Source: Tricharina praecox (Eukaryota). From it: DNA of 64,000 nucleotides. Of this stretch, positions 1-11,583 are shown piece after piece (position 1 is the stretch's first letter; every line of letters starts with the position of its first letter). The stretch lies in assembly GCF_024521635.1 (NCBI RefSeq), contig NW_026250404.1, positions 434,001 through 498,000 on the forward strand. Direction: 5' to 3'. A model generated the notes under the pieces. That model saw only the letters and a list, made by a program, of their open reading frames with translations. It searched no databases and was not told where the DNA came from. Both the position numbers and the translations under genes were made by a program.

Positions 1-469
1 TACCTACTACCCGCGGCTTCAACATTCTAGAATCTGTCGACCACACACGAAGAGCGACGCAAATCGCCACTTCAAGCTCACCCCGGATCAGGTATGTACC
101 TACGCAGTGAGTACGGAAAGGTTTTTGAAAGCTTATGGGATAGGTAGGTATAGAAGAGTGGTCCCAGACGCTGTTAGCTAGGTATACCTATATGCGTAGG
201 TGGGCTCCGGCTTGGAATGGCAAGGCTTGGGATGGCAAGGCTGGCCGTTAGCCACCGTATATATGCTCCGGCCTGGGATGGCAATGGCAAGGCTGGCCGC
301 TGTGGTGGTGTTGGTTATGGTGGCGGACGTACCGTACCGTATCCCTCGATGATTACCTACCGGTCCATACTAGGTAGTAGGTACACACGGCTAGCCACGC
401 ACCGTGACATTGTGGCGAGACTGATCAACAGCGAAGAGGTCTTTTGATCTCGATCCCGACCCAACACAA

Positions 470-512
470 CCACCACCACCACCACCACCACCACCACCAC
501 CACCACCACCAC
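470..512. repeat. (CCA)n microsatellite
   Basis: About 14 tandem CCA units read directly. Confidence 0.95.
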
Positions 513-2900
513 TAGAGCACGGACCGGACCGGTGCCGCGCCGTCGTCGTCGTCGTCATTCCCATGCGGGTGATCGTCAGGCGGCGCTGAAGATCACCATT
601 CACCATTTTTTTCCGTTGCTCGACGGTGAGTCGGTGACGATCATCGGGAACCGGTATGACAGCTACCGGTTTGGCTGCGTCCATGGGATGAATGGGTTGA
701 TCGGCATGCCGAACTACGGCGGCATCGGAGGCGACGGCGGGCACTAATGTCCGCACTATGTACGAGTAGAGTGCACAACCCCCAACTCCGGATCCGAGAT
801 GACGCTGGGGGGACGAGTGAGACTTACATTGAGCTACAAAGTATCCAGGTGGGTACGGGCTGTAGGTAAGCAGGTATGTACGCCATAACCCTAGGGCCAC
901 CGACAACGCAGCGGAATATCAGGAAGAGCGCGCACACTGCCGATCCCTCGATGAGCTGAGCGGACCATAACCAAGAAGAGCCTGCTTATTCCCTGTGTAT
1001 AGAAAGGGTTTTGGTCCTTGGGGGCAATGGGGGGTTGTTGGGATGTCCCTTACCTGTTTTGCTTTCCCTTGTGACGGGGGGCCGAGGGAGGGGGGGGCTT
1101 CAATTCAGGCTGCAGACAGGCACTGCAGGTCTGGTCAGGATGTTGGTCTGGTGAATAAGTACCTACGGAGGTCCGGAAAAGGTATTTTGCGATGATTATT
1201 TTGCGTTGCAGGTGTATCCAGAGTACATATGGACCTAGGGAGGACCTGGGTGGATTCCAGAGTGGTACCGGAGAGTGCAAATCAGCTGTTCCCGTGGCCG
1301 GTGGACTTAGGTAGTTTTCTATTGCGAATCTACGATCGTGGCTGGGGGGGAAATGGCCGATGCCCATTACCCAGCCCAGCAGTTTTTCGTAGGCTCGTAG
1401 GTAGCCCATGATCACGGCTGCAAGAGACGTATCCAGTTGTCGGCTCTGGCGGCCCACTGGTTCACCAGCCAGCACTCACTCACGATGGGCAGTGGGGGAT
1501 GCCGGCCGGCCACGGCTACCGGCCAGGACGAACGCGTAGTTCCAAGGCAGGCAGACTGACTGACCACAGCTCAGCGGCGAACGCAGTGCAGCCCCCAGCC
1601 AGCCCATGCGGACTACCTCACTAACGGGCTGTGTGTGAGAGCGAAGAGCGTGTGTGGTTGTGGTGGTGGTCCGCTATCTGTCGGTCCACACACCACCACC
1701 ACCACCACCACCACGATAGAGTCTTGATGCGTTGTCACTCGTTGGAACTCCCCAGACATTTAAATTCATCTGAATTTAGGGCCCACTCTCTCCCCCGCCC
1801 CTCCGGGCCCTCCCCCTCCCAACCATGCGTCGCTTATTAGGGTTGGACCTTCCCGTTGCGTGTGTAGTAGGAAGGTAGGCTGCTGCCGTCTTATGTGCAG
1901 ATGTCAGTCCCCGTCTCTCCTAACCACCGCTCCGTAGATGGTCTACTTTCTTTTCTTTCTTTCGGCTTTGATTCTAGACCCTGGAGCTCTCACCGACAAT
2001 TGGAGTTGCGGCGGGGGATTGGATGCTTGTTATGTATGTGCGGCGAGTCGGCGACGAGCATTCGCGAATTGGAACGGGGAGGTTGAAGGGTGCATGTGGC
2101 CGGGCCCTAGCGTGGAAATCGTCGTGCAACCGCCACACGAGAGACGAGACAGAGAGAGAGTGGGAGAGAGACAGAGACAGAGCGAGACGGTTGCTTTTTC
2201 ACCACACACAGGAGGCGCATGGTAGCTGGGTATATCTCGTAAGTCCGATCGATGCCAGCAGGGGAGCACAACATCCACAGATGAGGCGCTGTGTGCACTG
2301 TGGGCTGGCTGCGTTTCGCCGACATCTACCCAAGTGGGTAGAGTACTGATTGCGTTTCACCGACATCCAACTGCTGATTGCGTTTCTGCGTTTCACCAAC
2401 ATCTACTGACTGACTGTGAGCACTCCAAGACATCCTTCGTGGGCAGGCCAAACTTGCTCTGTTGGGAATATCTGGCTGGCTGGCTGGCTAAGTGGGTGGG
2501 TGTAGGTTGGGTACCTTCCCTACTGTCAGCTGTGAAGGTGCTTGGTTACCGGCATCCGCCACAGCCTTACGGGGACATGCCACGGACAGCCAGCCAAACC
2601 AACGAATCGATACATACGGCATATACCTGGAATACTCTGGATGCGCCTACGTCGTTTCCGAACACGCACGGTCAAACGGACACGAAAGGCTGACCGGCCT
2701 CCCCGCCAGGAAGTGCACCTACATACATTTCCACCTCATGCCTATACATCACTTGCAGACTCAGTGCGTGCGTCCGATCAGATCAGCAGCGAGACCTGCA
2801 CGGACACTCCAACATGCGGCCACCAGGTATTCCCGCCTATTTAGTGCTGGACTGAAACGCGGGCAGGCAATGTTCCGCAGAAAATGCGCTCTGATACATA

Positions 2901-4649
2901 CCATATAGAGGCACGCAACAAAGTCACCAAGATTATGTCGTCCTTATCATAAGGGAGGTATTCAGATAATTCTTCTATAAGCCAGTCATAAGCACGTGCA
3001 ACCCCGTAAGGTTTCTATAAGGGGAATGCCAAAATAAGGCATATGTTCCCATAACCCTAGAATTCCCATGGCTCCTACATATTGCCGGCCCAACAGAAAC
3101 CACCGTTCATAAATCAGCCTTCTCACCTTGTGAGACTTAGGCCGTCCTAAGGGATATGAGGTCGTTGTTGACATGTCCAGCCCTGACGTACGATAATGAC
3201 TGTGAGACTGGCAAGTTTTGTGAAGCATTATAAGATATCTCGGCCTCATACAATAAAACCCTTCGAGCGCCACAGGCTTGATTTCTTCACAAGCATGATA
3301 TATGCGCTTAATGAGCCTTATTCGAAACCATGGGTTCTATCGCCTTTACGGATCCATGGCGCATATGCGAAAATCAGACTGCTTGACACGGAAATTCTTA
3401 CATCGGCCGTATGTTCATCTAGCACTGGCACTCCGAGAGCCAGAAGCTGAAGAAGCAGACGCAGACGGCTAAGAGAGCACACAGCACCGCTGGACCCCCC
3501 CGCTGGACCCCTCATCGCTGGTGCTGCCCCCCTTCTGCCGACAGCTCTCCCACCGCTCTGCAACAGAGATGTTGTGCCCTGCCCACTGAGTCTACTCTCA
3601 ACTTTCTCATGCCGTTGACCCTCCACAGCCCCCCCCCCCTCCCCACTACACTACCCCCACTACAACCCCACCTTCCAACGACAACACCACCACTTTTGCA
3701 GACGACTCCTTCCCTCGCTGACAGCTCCCCCATTACTTCATCATCTCGCTGACAGCTCCTCCCCCACAGACAGCTCCCCCAGTACTTCCTCACCTCGCTG
3801 ATAAGTCTTCCTCGCTGACAAGTCTTCCTCGCTGACAAGTCCTCCTCGCTGACAAGTCCTCCTCGCTGACAAATCCTCCTCGCTGCTAGCTCCTCATCGC
3901 CGACAGCTTCTTCATCACTTCCTCCTGTCACTGACAAGTCCTCCTCGCTGACAAGTCCTCCTCGCTGCTAGCTCCTCGTCGCCGACAGCTTCTCATCGCC
4001 GACAGCTTCTTCATCACTTCCTCCTCTCACTGATAGAATCTCCTCTCACAGACAGCTGCTCCATCAATCCGCCACACCCCCACTAAAAGCATCTGTGAAT
4101 CTATGCGTACAACCTTAAGGTGAGCTGGTGAGCAGCGGGGGAGAGTATGGGAAGGGGAGACGGGGGGAGCGGGGAAGGAAAGTAGTTTAGGTATATAAGG
4201 GTACGGAAGAAGAGCATCATCAATTGAACCGCGTTATCAAGTGAAGAGTACCGCCAAGTGAAGAGCATTGATAAGTGAGAAGTATTGCATGGCGTAAAGC
4301 TTGATGCAGAAAAAGTCCTTATGAGCGTATAAGCCTTACTATCGATTATTTATTGTAATGCCTTATGGCATCCTTATAGAGCCTTATGAGCTCACAAGGT
4401 TTGCAGTGAGTAAGCCTTGCAGAAAGCTTTGGAGTCGCGAATCATTTTCACAGCGCCAGGATTGAGGAAGGATTATACAATAAAATGCCCTGGAATCTGA
4501 AAACCCCGACCAAGCATTTTTTTTTACGAATAAGCTTATTGAGAATTTATACAAATATAAGTATAAATATTTTCATGCGGGTTGTGTCAAAATCGTGCCC
4601 ATACCAGGCTGCCACAAGCTTGATGACTTTATTGCCTGGCTCTATATGG
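2901..4649. mobile_element. Putative non-autonomous DNA transposon (1,749 bp) bounded by ~31-bp imperfect terminal inverted repeats
   Basis: Left end 2901-2931 CCATATAGAGGCACGCAACAAAGTCACCAAG matches the reverse complement of 4619-4649 (CCATATAGAGCCAGGCAATAAAGTCATCAAG) at 27/31 positions. TACATA lies immediately outside both ends (2895-2900 and 4650-4655). No transposase ORF is visible inside. Confidence 0.75.
3793..4037. repeat. 17-bp minisatellite (AAGTCCTCCTCGCTGAC) with a higher-order duplication, inside the TIR element
   Basis: About six near-identical tandem copies at 3793-3885, then a duplicated block (...GCTAGCTCCTCRTCGCCGACAGCTTCT...CATCACTTCCTCCT...). Confidence 0.9.
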
Positions 4650-5260
4650 TACATACATCATACATACATGCCATCGTATGTGGAGTATGTATCGTCGCAG
4701 AGCTAGTTGACCCGCACGGAGGCGTCTCAGCTGCGTCTGTCATTGTTTGGCGGCCCGGAAGGATGTTTGTGCCCTCAAGCGCTCGCAAACATCTGCACTA
4801 TTGTATGCGCGTGAACACCCACTGCAGCCGTGGTGGCGGTTGGTGATGATGCTGGTGGTGCACGTGGTGGTTGGTGCTGATGGTCGTCGTCTTCGTCTTC
4901 GTCGCCATCCGCTCGACGGCGTTTGAAGGCAAGGGAAGGGGGAATTCAAATCCAGGCTGCGGTCATGTACTCTGCCAAACTCCAGTGAATCTACCCTCTA
5001 CAGGGCATCCGTGCGATTCCATGATATGCTGTGGGCAACAGTGGAGTGAGTGAGTGCGTACACGAAGTGCCTACCGTGCCTACTGCTTACTGGTATGTAC
5101 CCAGCTTGTGATGCTATTTTTCGACTAGCATCGGGGGGCCGTGGCAGGAGCGGGTATCGAGTAAAAAAAAAGGGATTGCACACAGCATCGTGCCGCGAAA
5201 CGCTCCCAAGCGAGAGGCTTGGATAGATGCGGAAGAGAGGGAGGACGATGGATGCACTCT

Positions 5261-5319
5261 ATCTACGGACACATATCTACGGACACATATCTACGGACAC
5301 ATATCTACGGACACATATC
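5261..5319. repeat. 14-bp tandem repeat (ATCTACGGACACAT) x4
   Basis: Four exact tandem copies read directly. Confidence 0.95.
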
Positions 5320-8200
5320 TTACACTACGTGCTAACCAGAGCCAAATGGCGGAGCGGCCGGCGGGGGAGAGGAACGGAGGTAGGCTGATAACTAAGGGAA
5401 TACCTAATGTGCTCTAGAGTCCTTGTATTTCTGTATGTACACTACTCTAACTATCGACATGGAGCGGCGGGGGCTAAGATACGGTACGAATGCAGGCTGG
5501 TTTCACCACTCTGGATACGTTGCGGGCCATGGCACCGGGCCTCTGCGGCTGTCTGTCTGTCTGGAGGCAAGCCGTGATCGTGGGTTGAGTTGAAAGCAGA
5601 TATCATGTGTATGCTATGTAGGATACCGGTATGTACATGGCGCGTATTGGGGAGCCGATTCATTTCATTTCCCTCAGGAAGACAACGACTATGTACGACG
5701 ACAGGGGCGACGAGACGACGCAGCGCACCGCCGTTTGCGGCACTCTACTATGATACTCTAGTGTCGATGGAGCACGGTTTCCGGGAGATGATGGTCTCCT
5801 CCGTATGGGTTAACCAAGCAAGTACGAGTCCTTACTCTCATACATAAATACCTACCAGTGTCCGAATCACGATCTGGCAATGCACAGAGCGGATAGCCTC
5901 AAGACGTGCATTAGGGACCTTTAACGTGAGACCGGAAGCTAACGAGAAGTCCGTGTTCTCCAAAGCGGACTAAGTGCTCTAGGTACGTATCGGCGGAGGC
6001 CTATGTACCAGTGCCAGAGGTCTGAGGAAGACGACAGACGACGGGAGAAGACGACGGACGAAGAGGAAGAGCGGATGTCCGAGGAGGAGCCGTCCGGGCT
6101 GGCTGGCTGGCGGTGAGGCGAGGTGAGGGGAGTGTGGGCAAACCACCAGCCAACAATCGTGTCTACCGGACGCCGATTCTTCCCTCGTTCCGACAGATGC
6201 GATGGGTGGAGAGATGGTGATTGGGACCTGGTGTTTGTTCGCTCGGCAGTTCGGAAGCCAGCCAATAATTCCCGCCAGCAAGTAACGGAGTGCATGCGAG
6301 TGTGGACTCCGTGCAGCTTCAGCGATCCCTGCTGCAGATATCGCCTTCTGCCCCCCGCCCACCATCCATTTGAACCGGCGGATCGCTGCCTCCAGACACA
6401 CCCACCAGCCGGACATGACCATGACCAAGACCACCACCACCAAGACCACCACCGCTTCTGCTGTTGCTGGCCGGGCTCGACCCTTCGGACACCGACCCCG
6501 CCAAATTCCCAGTTTTGTGTGGGCGAGGAGTTGCAGGCAGGCCAGGCAGACGGATGAGATTTGACTTTCTGTGCTGTCCCTCGCCACCACCTCCTCCACC
6601 TCCACCACCACCCGGGAGAGATGAGCAATGAACTTCTTGCGGACTTCCGAGGTTGAGATCGCAGACGTAGTTCCTCCCGGTGGCTGGGGCGGCGGCGGTG
6701 GTATCTGAGCGGAACAGAACAGAATAGAACAGAAGGACGGAATAGAACAAAACAAAACAGACCAGAGTGACAGGACGAAACAGAACAGAACAAAAAGTCC
6801 AGACAGACCTCTTTGCGGATGTTTGCCTCCACACCCTACTCTATGGTAGACTTTGATATATTTCTACCCCACAATCCGCGCAAATGCGAACGCTTTGCCC
6901 GCCTCTCAGCTAGCTGCCTCGAACTGATGGTTGTCCGACAGGCAGGATAGATATCACTTCAGTCACTCACTTTGACGCCAGAGATACAAGCTCACATGTA
7001 CAATACACACCCACTACCACTGGTCCATATAGACGGACAAGACAGAACAGTTTGCCTTGCGCGGACACTCTGCGTGCCGTCCTCGATCCTCTTCGTCTTC
7101 CCCGCAAGCTCCAGCCAGAAGTGGAGGTGGAGGTGGAGGTGATGGTGCCCCCCTCCCACAGGCATATCTCCTGCCTTTCACCGAACTCCGTTTTATTCAT
7201 TCTCTTTCCTTCCCTGGAGTCCTAATGTATGTAGTAGTAGGCCTGGATAGCCTGGCTGGTGAGGGGGCTGCTTCTTCTCTGCCTAATAGAAAACAACCCC
7301 CTCTTGTTTTATCTGGAGTAAGGGAAGTCTAGTGGAGTGACCTATCCAGCCCCATCGTAGAAAAAGGGCCTTCTTCTGTTCGTCCAATCCAATGGACTCG
7401 TGTACCTACTAGTATGTAAATAGTACTATATACTCGTCGCCAGAGTAGCACTCGTCCTTCCCCCCCCCCCCCGGAAGTTAGCAGAGCACTTTACCTAGCA
7501 GAGCACTTTGCCTTTGCCTTACTTATCTCTGTCCCTCGGCGTGGTGCGTGGTTCGCCGTAACCAAAGCCTCCAGTACACACATACAAAAAAAAACGCCCT
7601 GCTCACACTGTAGAGTCTAGTGTCTGTACGCTGAAGGAGGAGTAGCCGCCACCACGGCCGTACGAATGACGCTTGGTACACTGTCAATGCCCACTAGCCA
7701 TCCCCATCCCCGCTGATAATCCTCCCACCCCCCTCAACATCCGCCGAGGACTTACACTGCCGCTGCCACCACCGCGTCGCATTTCTTTCTTGAGCCGTTT
7801 TCCCCATCCATCCCACATCTACCCCTCGTTTCCTGTCATCTCGAATCTCTACCGTTTATTCCTCTCCGTCATTTTTTCCACACGCTTGCTTGCGTGCTTT
7901 GCTTTGCTTGTTCGGTTTCTATTGTGGTGGACTTAAGGATCTCACACGCCCAACTATTTTCGCGGGCCACTCGTTCCTAGCCGTTTTCGCTCAAGCAGCC
8001 GTCCGAGAGCGAGAGGAGGCCTCGTCGCCGACGCCCCCCCCCCCCACCCACGGGACTCGACTCGACTTCCCATCCATCCGCGCGCTGTGGTCACGTTAAA
8101 TCCAAACAATCCTCGACGCCAGAAACGTAGTATCCGCGAAGACGGCGACGACGGACACTGGGAAAAGCGCCCCGATCCACAGCCCTTATCTTTTCTTCCA

Positions 8201-11191
8201 ATGCCTCGAGCACCGGTTGCGGGACGGGAAATTCGCCGACGGAGTCGGAATGGCTGCTGGTAAACCCAAAAAAAACTCTAGCATTTTGTTTTTTTGTAGT
8301 GATGCCCCACGGATGGCTCCGAAACCTCCGAACTCGAGTCCGAGTCCGGAGTCGTGTTGTTATTGTCGATGCCCGTGGGGTGGTGTGGTGTGAAGTGAAG
8401 TGGTGTGGGCGTGCGGATCTCTGGATGGTCTGGGCTGACTTTCTTTGTTCGTTCGCCTCAGGAACTGCAAGGCGCGAAAGGTCAAGTGCGGCGAGGAGAA
8501 ACCGCGATGCAGCAACTGCGAGCGTCTCGACGAGGATTGCGACTACAAGATCCGGCTGTCTTGGGGCGGTCGACCGCTGAAGAAGAAACTACAGGAGAAT
8601 GGAGGAAACGGCCACGATCCAAATGGCGATGATCAATCCCAGTTCATTCCCGGCGCCGGCCAATTCTCGCTCAACCAGCACTTCCCGAGTCCGCAGACCT
8701 TCATCCAAGCGACGCCACCCAACGGCGCGGCCAGGAAGCCACCGGTTCCCCGGGCTGGCAGCGGGAAGAAGACGAGCATGTCCGGCTACCAGACGGTATT
8801 CGCGGTCGGTGAAAACATGCCCGATTTACCTGTCGGCGGCGGCGGGCAATCTTCCGCGGTGACGCCACCCCAACCACCGGCGCCACCATCTACAATGTCA
8901 CGGGTGACACCGATCACCTCCACGGCTCCGCTTGATCCTCAGCTGAGCGTGCAAATCCCGCTCGCGCAGACACAACAAACACATCTGCCAGACCGTAGTG
9001 GCGTGCAGCGGATGAGCCGTCGTGATGACGCCTACGCATGGCAGCAAAACTTGACACCGACCACTACCACCGCACCGCAGTCGCTCGCATCTCCGTTCGA
9101 TGAGAATCAGATGCGAAATGGACACCACCAGGATCGGTCGTACTTCAGTCCGACATACTCAACCACTGGACCGTTCTCCCCGACACATACGTCGTCGCCA
9201 GTGGGGAACTACCACAGCCCGCCAGGACACTCATCCAGCCCCGATATCTCGTATTCACAGCCAATTAACTCACCTCACCATAAGAATTATCATCCCGCAC
9301 CATCGATCATAGGATCGCCTACAAAGAAAGCCAGGACCAGTACATCGCCAACACAACCACCGCCAATGTCTCCGTTCATATACGGAAGACATCCCATGAG
9401 TCAAGCGCCACAGCTTACGGCCTCGTTGGCGGAGGCGATTGACTACATGCATACTCCGGCCTCCATGGCACCCATGAATAACATGTCCGGGGCTATGATC
9501 GGCATGCCCGTCACCACTGGAATCAGCAATGGCAACAATACGGTGATGCGCAGAGTGTCGGTTGAGAACCTGTTGTCGGATCCTTTAGTTCACGGGGGCT
9601 ACAACGGATATCACCACGGCGGGTACGACATGAGTTTCAAGACGGAAGGGCCGGATCCATATACTTCCGACGGTCAGGATATGGAAGACAACGACATCGA
9701 GGAAATTCCTCGCCACGCCATGGACTATGAGGACCACAACTTCCACATGCAGGTGAACCATGCCCGACACTTCTTCAAAATGAACGCGGCTTATCCGGAC
9801 CAGATGTCTATTCCCAGGAGGCTGGATCCTCTCCCGCAGTGGCTACTGTCCAATGAACAGAACAAGATGTACTTCCACCATTACCTGAAGCACACAGCCA
9901 GGTTGCTGGTACCTCACGATTGCTCGGAGAATCCGTTCAAGCACATCCTGCCGCAAAGTGTGTAGCCCTGGTTATCTACCCCGCGTTAAGTCATGCACCT
10001 CGCTAACAGTTGTCTTCTTCGTCCTAGTGGCCGTCGAGACCGACCACCTCATGAACCTGCTGCTTGCATACTCGGCTAGCCATCAAGCCCGGCTACTCAA
10101 CCACCCTGAACCCACGGAGCGAATAGGCGGCTTCATAGACGAAACGGTGCGAAGTCTGGGTGTCGCACTGAACCATCCCGAAGGGGCCACGAGCGATGCA
10201 AGTCTTGCTACAGCAATCATGCTCGCATCGTACCAGATCGTGTCGCCGAATCCGTTCGCATCCAGCGGGCTTACCTGGCAGACGCATCTGGATGCTGCCC
10301 GAAGAATTATCGTGTCCCGCGGAGGTGCCCAAGGCATGCACAGCGGAGATACCGTTTCGTATTTCCTCGTGCGGTGGTTCGCGTACCTGGATCTCCTGGG
10401 ACGGCTGAGCGGTCGGGAAATTGACGAGCCGGTACTGAGTGACAGCGGGAAATACTGGACCAACGACAACGAGGACCCCCTGGCAGAGTTTTCAGTGGAT
10501 TGTTTCTTTGGATTCACTACCCGTTGCGTTGCGATCCTCCACAAGATTGGGGAATTGGCGAGACAGTGCGAGCAAGAACGAAAGATGATGCGCCGTGGTA
10601 GCCGGGGAGGCGATATAATCTGGAAACCAACCAAGGATACCCTGAGGAATGCTCTGAGAATACGCGAAGAACTGCGGGATTCCAGGGAGCGGTCGTTGGG
10701 TCGATGCACCCACGCCCACGACAATGGATACGCACATTTCCACAACGGGAGTGACACCGGCGAGGACTTCGATGAGGAGGAGCTATTGGCCACCAACGAC
10801 GCCTTCCACTGGGCTGCCGAGATTCATCTTTACCGACGGGTACTCGGTTACGAATCCGACCACCCCGACGTCCAAGATGCCGTTGGTCTCATTGTCGATG
10901 CCATGCACAAAGTCAAGCAAGGTGGAACCGCAGAGAATTGTCTGCTGTTCCCGCTCTTCACCGCCGGCTGCGAAGCTATCAACTACGAGCACCGCGAGTA
11001 CACGCTACGGCGAATGCTCGAGGTGGAAAAGACTGGCTTGACTCAGGTATGGCTGTCTCCCTAAGATCCAAAATTTACTATTGCTAACGAATCGGTTCTT
11101 CCAGGTCAAACATGCCAGACTCCTCATGGAAAGGGTGTGGCGTGAACGTGTAGCATGGTGGGAGATTGTGAACGGGGAGTTTCTCGGGTAA
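8201..11191 (+). CDS. Zn(II)2Cys6 transcription factor with C-terminal fungal-specific TF domain (Fungal_trans_2; Acr-2-like)
   Basis: Exons 8201-8259, 8462-9957, 10028-11046, 11105-11191. Splicing rebuilds the binuclear cluster RSRNGCWNCKARKVKCGEEKPRCSNCERLDEDC. The C-terminal region has YFHHY...LVPHDCSENPF...LLLAYSASH and CLLFPLFTAGCEA motifs. Acr-2 similarity is from memory of the family. Confidence 0.9.
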
Positions 11192-11522
11192 CCGAACGAA
11201 CGACGCAGAGCATGATACGAGTTCCACGACTAAGCACCGCAACGTGATGATGATGATGATGTGTCCGCATACACTCAAGAAGACGGCCGCCACCACTAAA
11301 ACGAACCGAACCGAAATCGACATAATTCTCATTCTCTCACTATTGCGATCGTTTTTCTTTATTTTCATTTCCTGTAACCATTGATAGGGGGGTTTTCCGG
11401 CCGGGTGTTTCTTGTCTTCTCTTTTTCTTATACCATTTTTGATTCGACATTGACAGCTTTTGTTTTTTTCTATTTTGTTCATTGGTGATTGATTGATTGA
11501 TTGGTTGGTTGATATTAACATT

Positions 11523-11583
11523 GCTTTTCTTTGGCTTTCTTTGGCTTTCTTTGGCTTTCTTTGGCTTTCTTTGGCTTTCTTTG
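11523..11583. repeat. 10-bp tandem repeat (TTGGCTTTCT) x5 within a microsatellite-rich 3' region
   Basis: Read directly. Flanked by (GATT)n, (GGAT)n and (GAT)n runs at ~11240-11760. Confidence 0.95.

Noticed and set aside
3793..3975. Repeat array superficially like a CRISPR
   Set aside because: The units are head-to-tail with no unique spacers, the context is eukaryotic and there are no cas genes.
217..8100. Many 60-300 aa ORFs, including 5939-6832 (-) and 391-906 (-)
   Set aside because: They are built from microsatellites and low-complexity runs, often lack a true ATG, and show no recognisable domain or splice-consistent structure.
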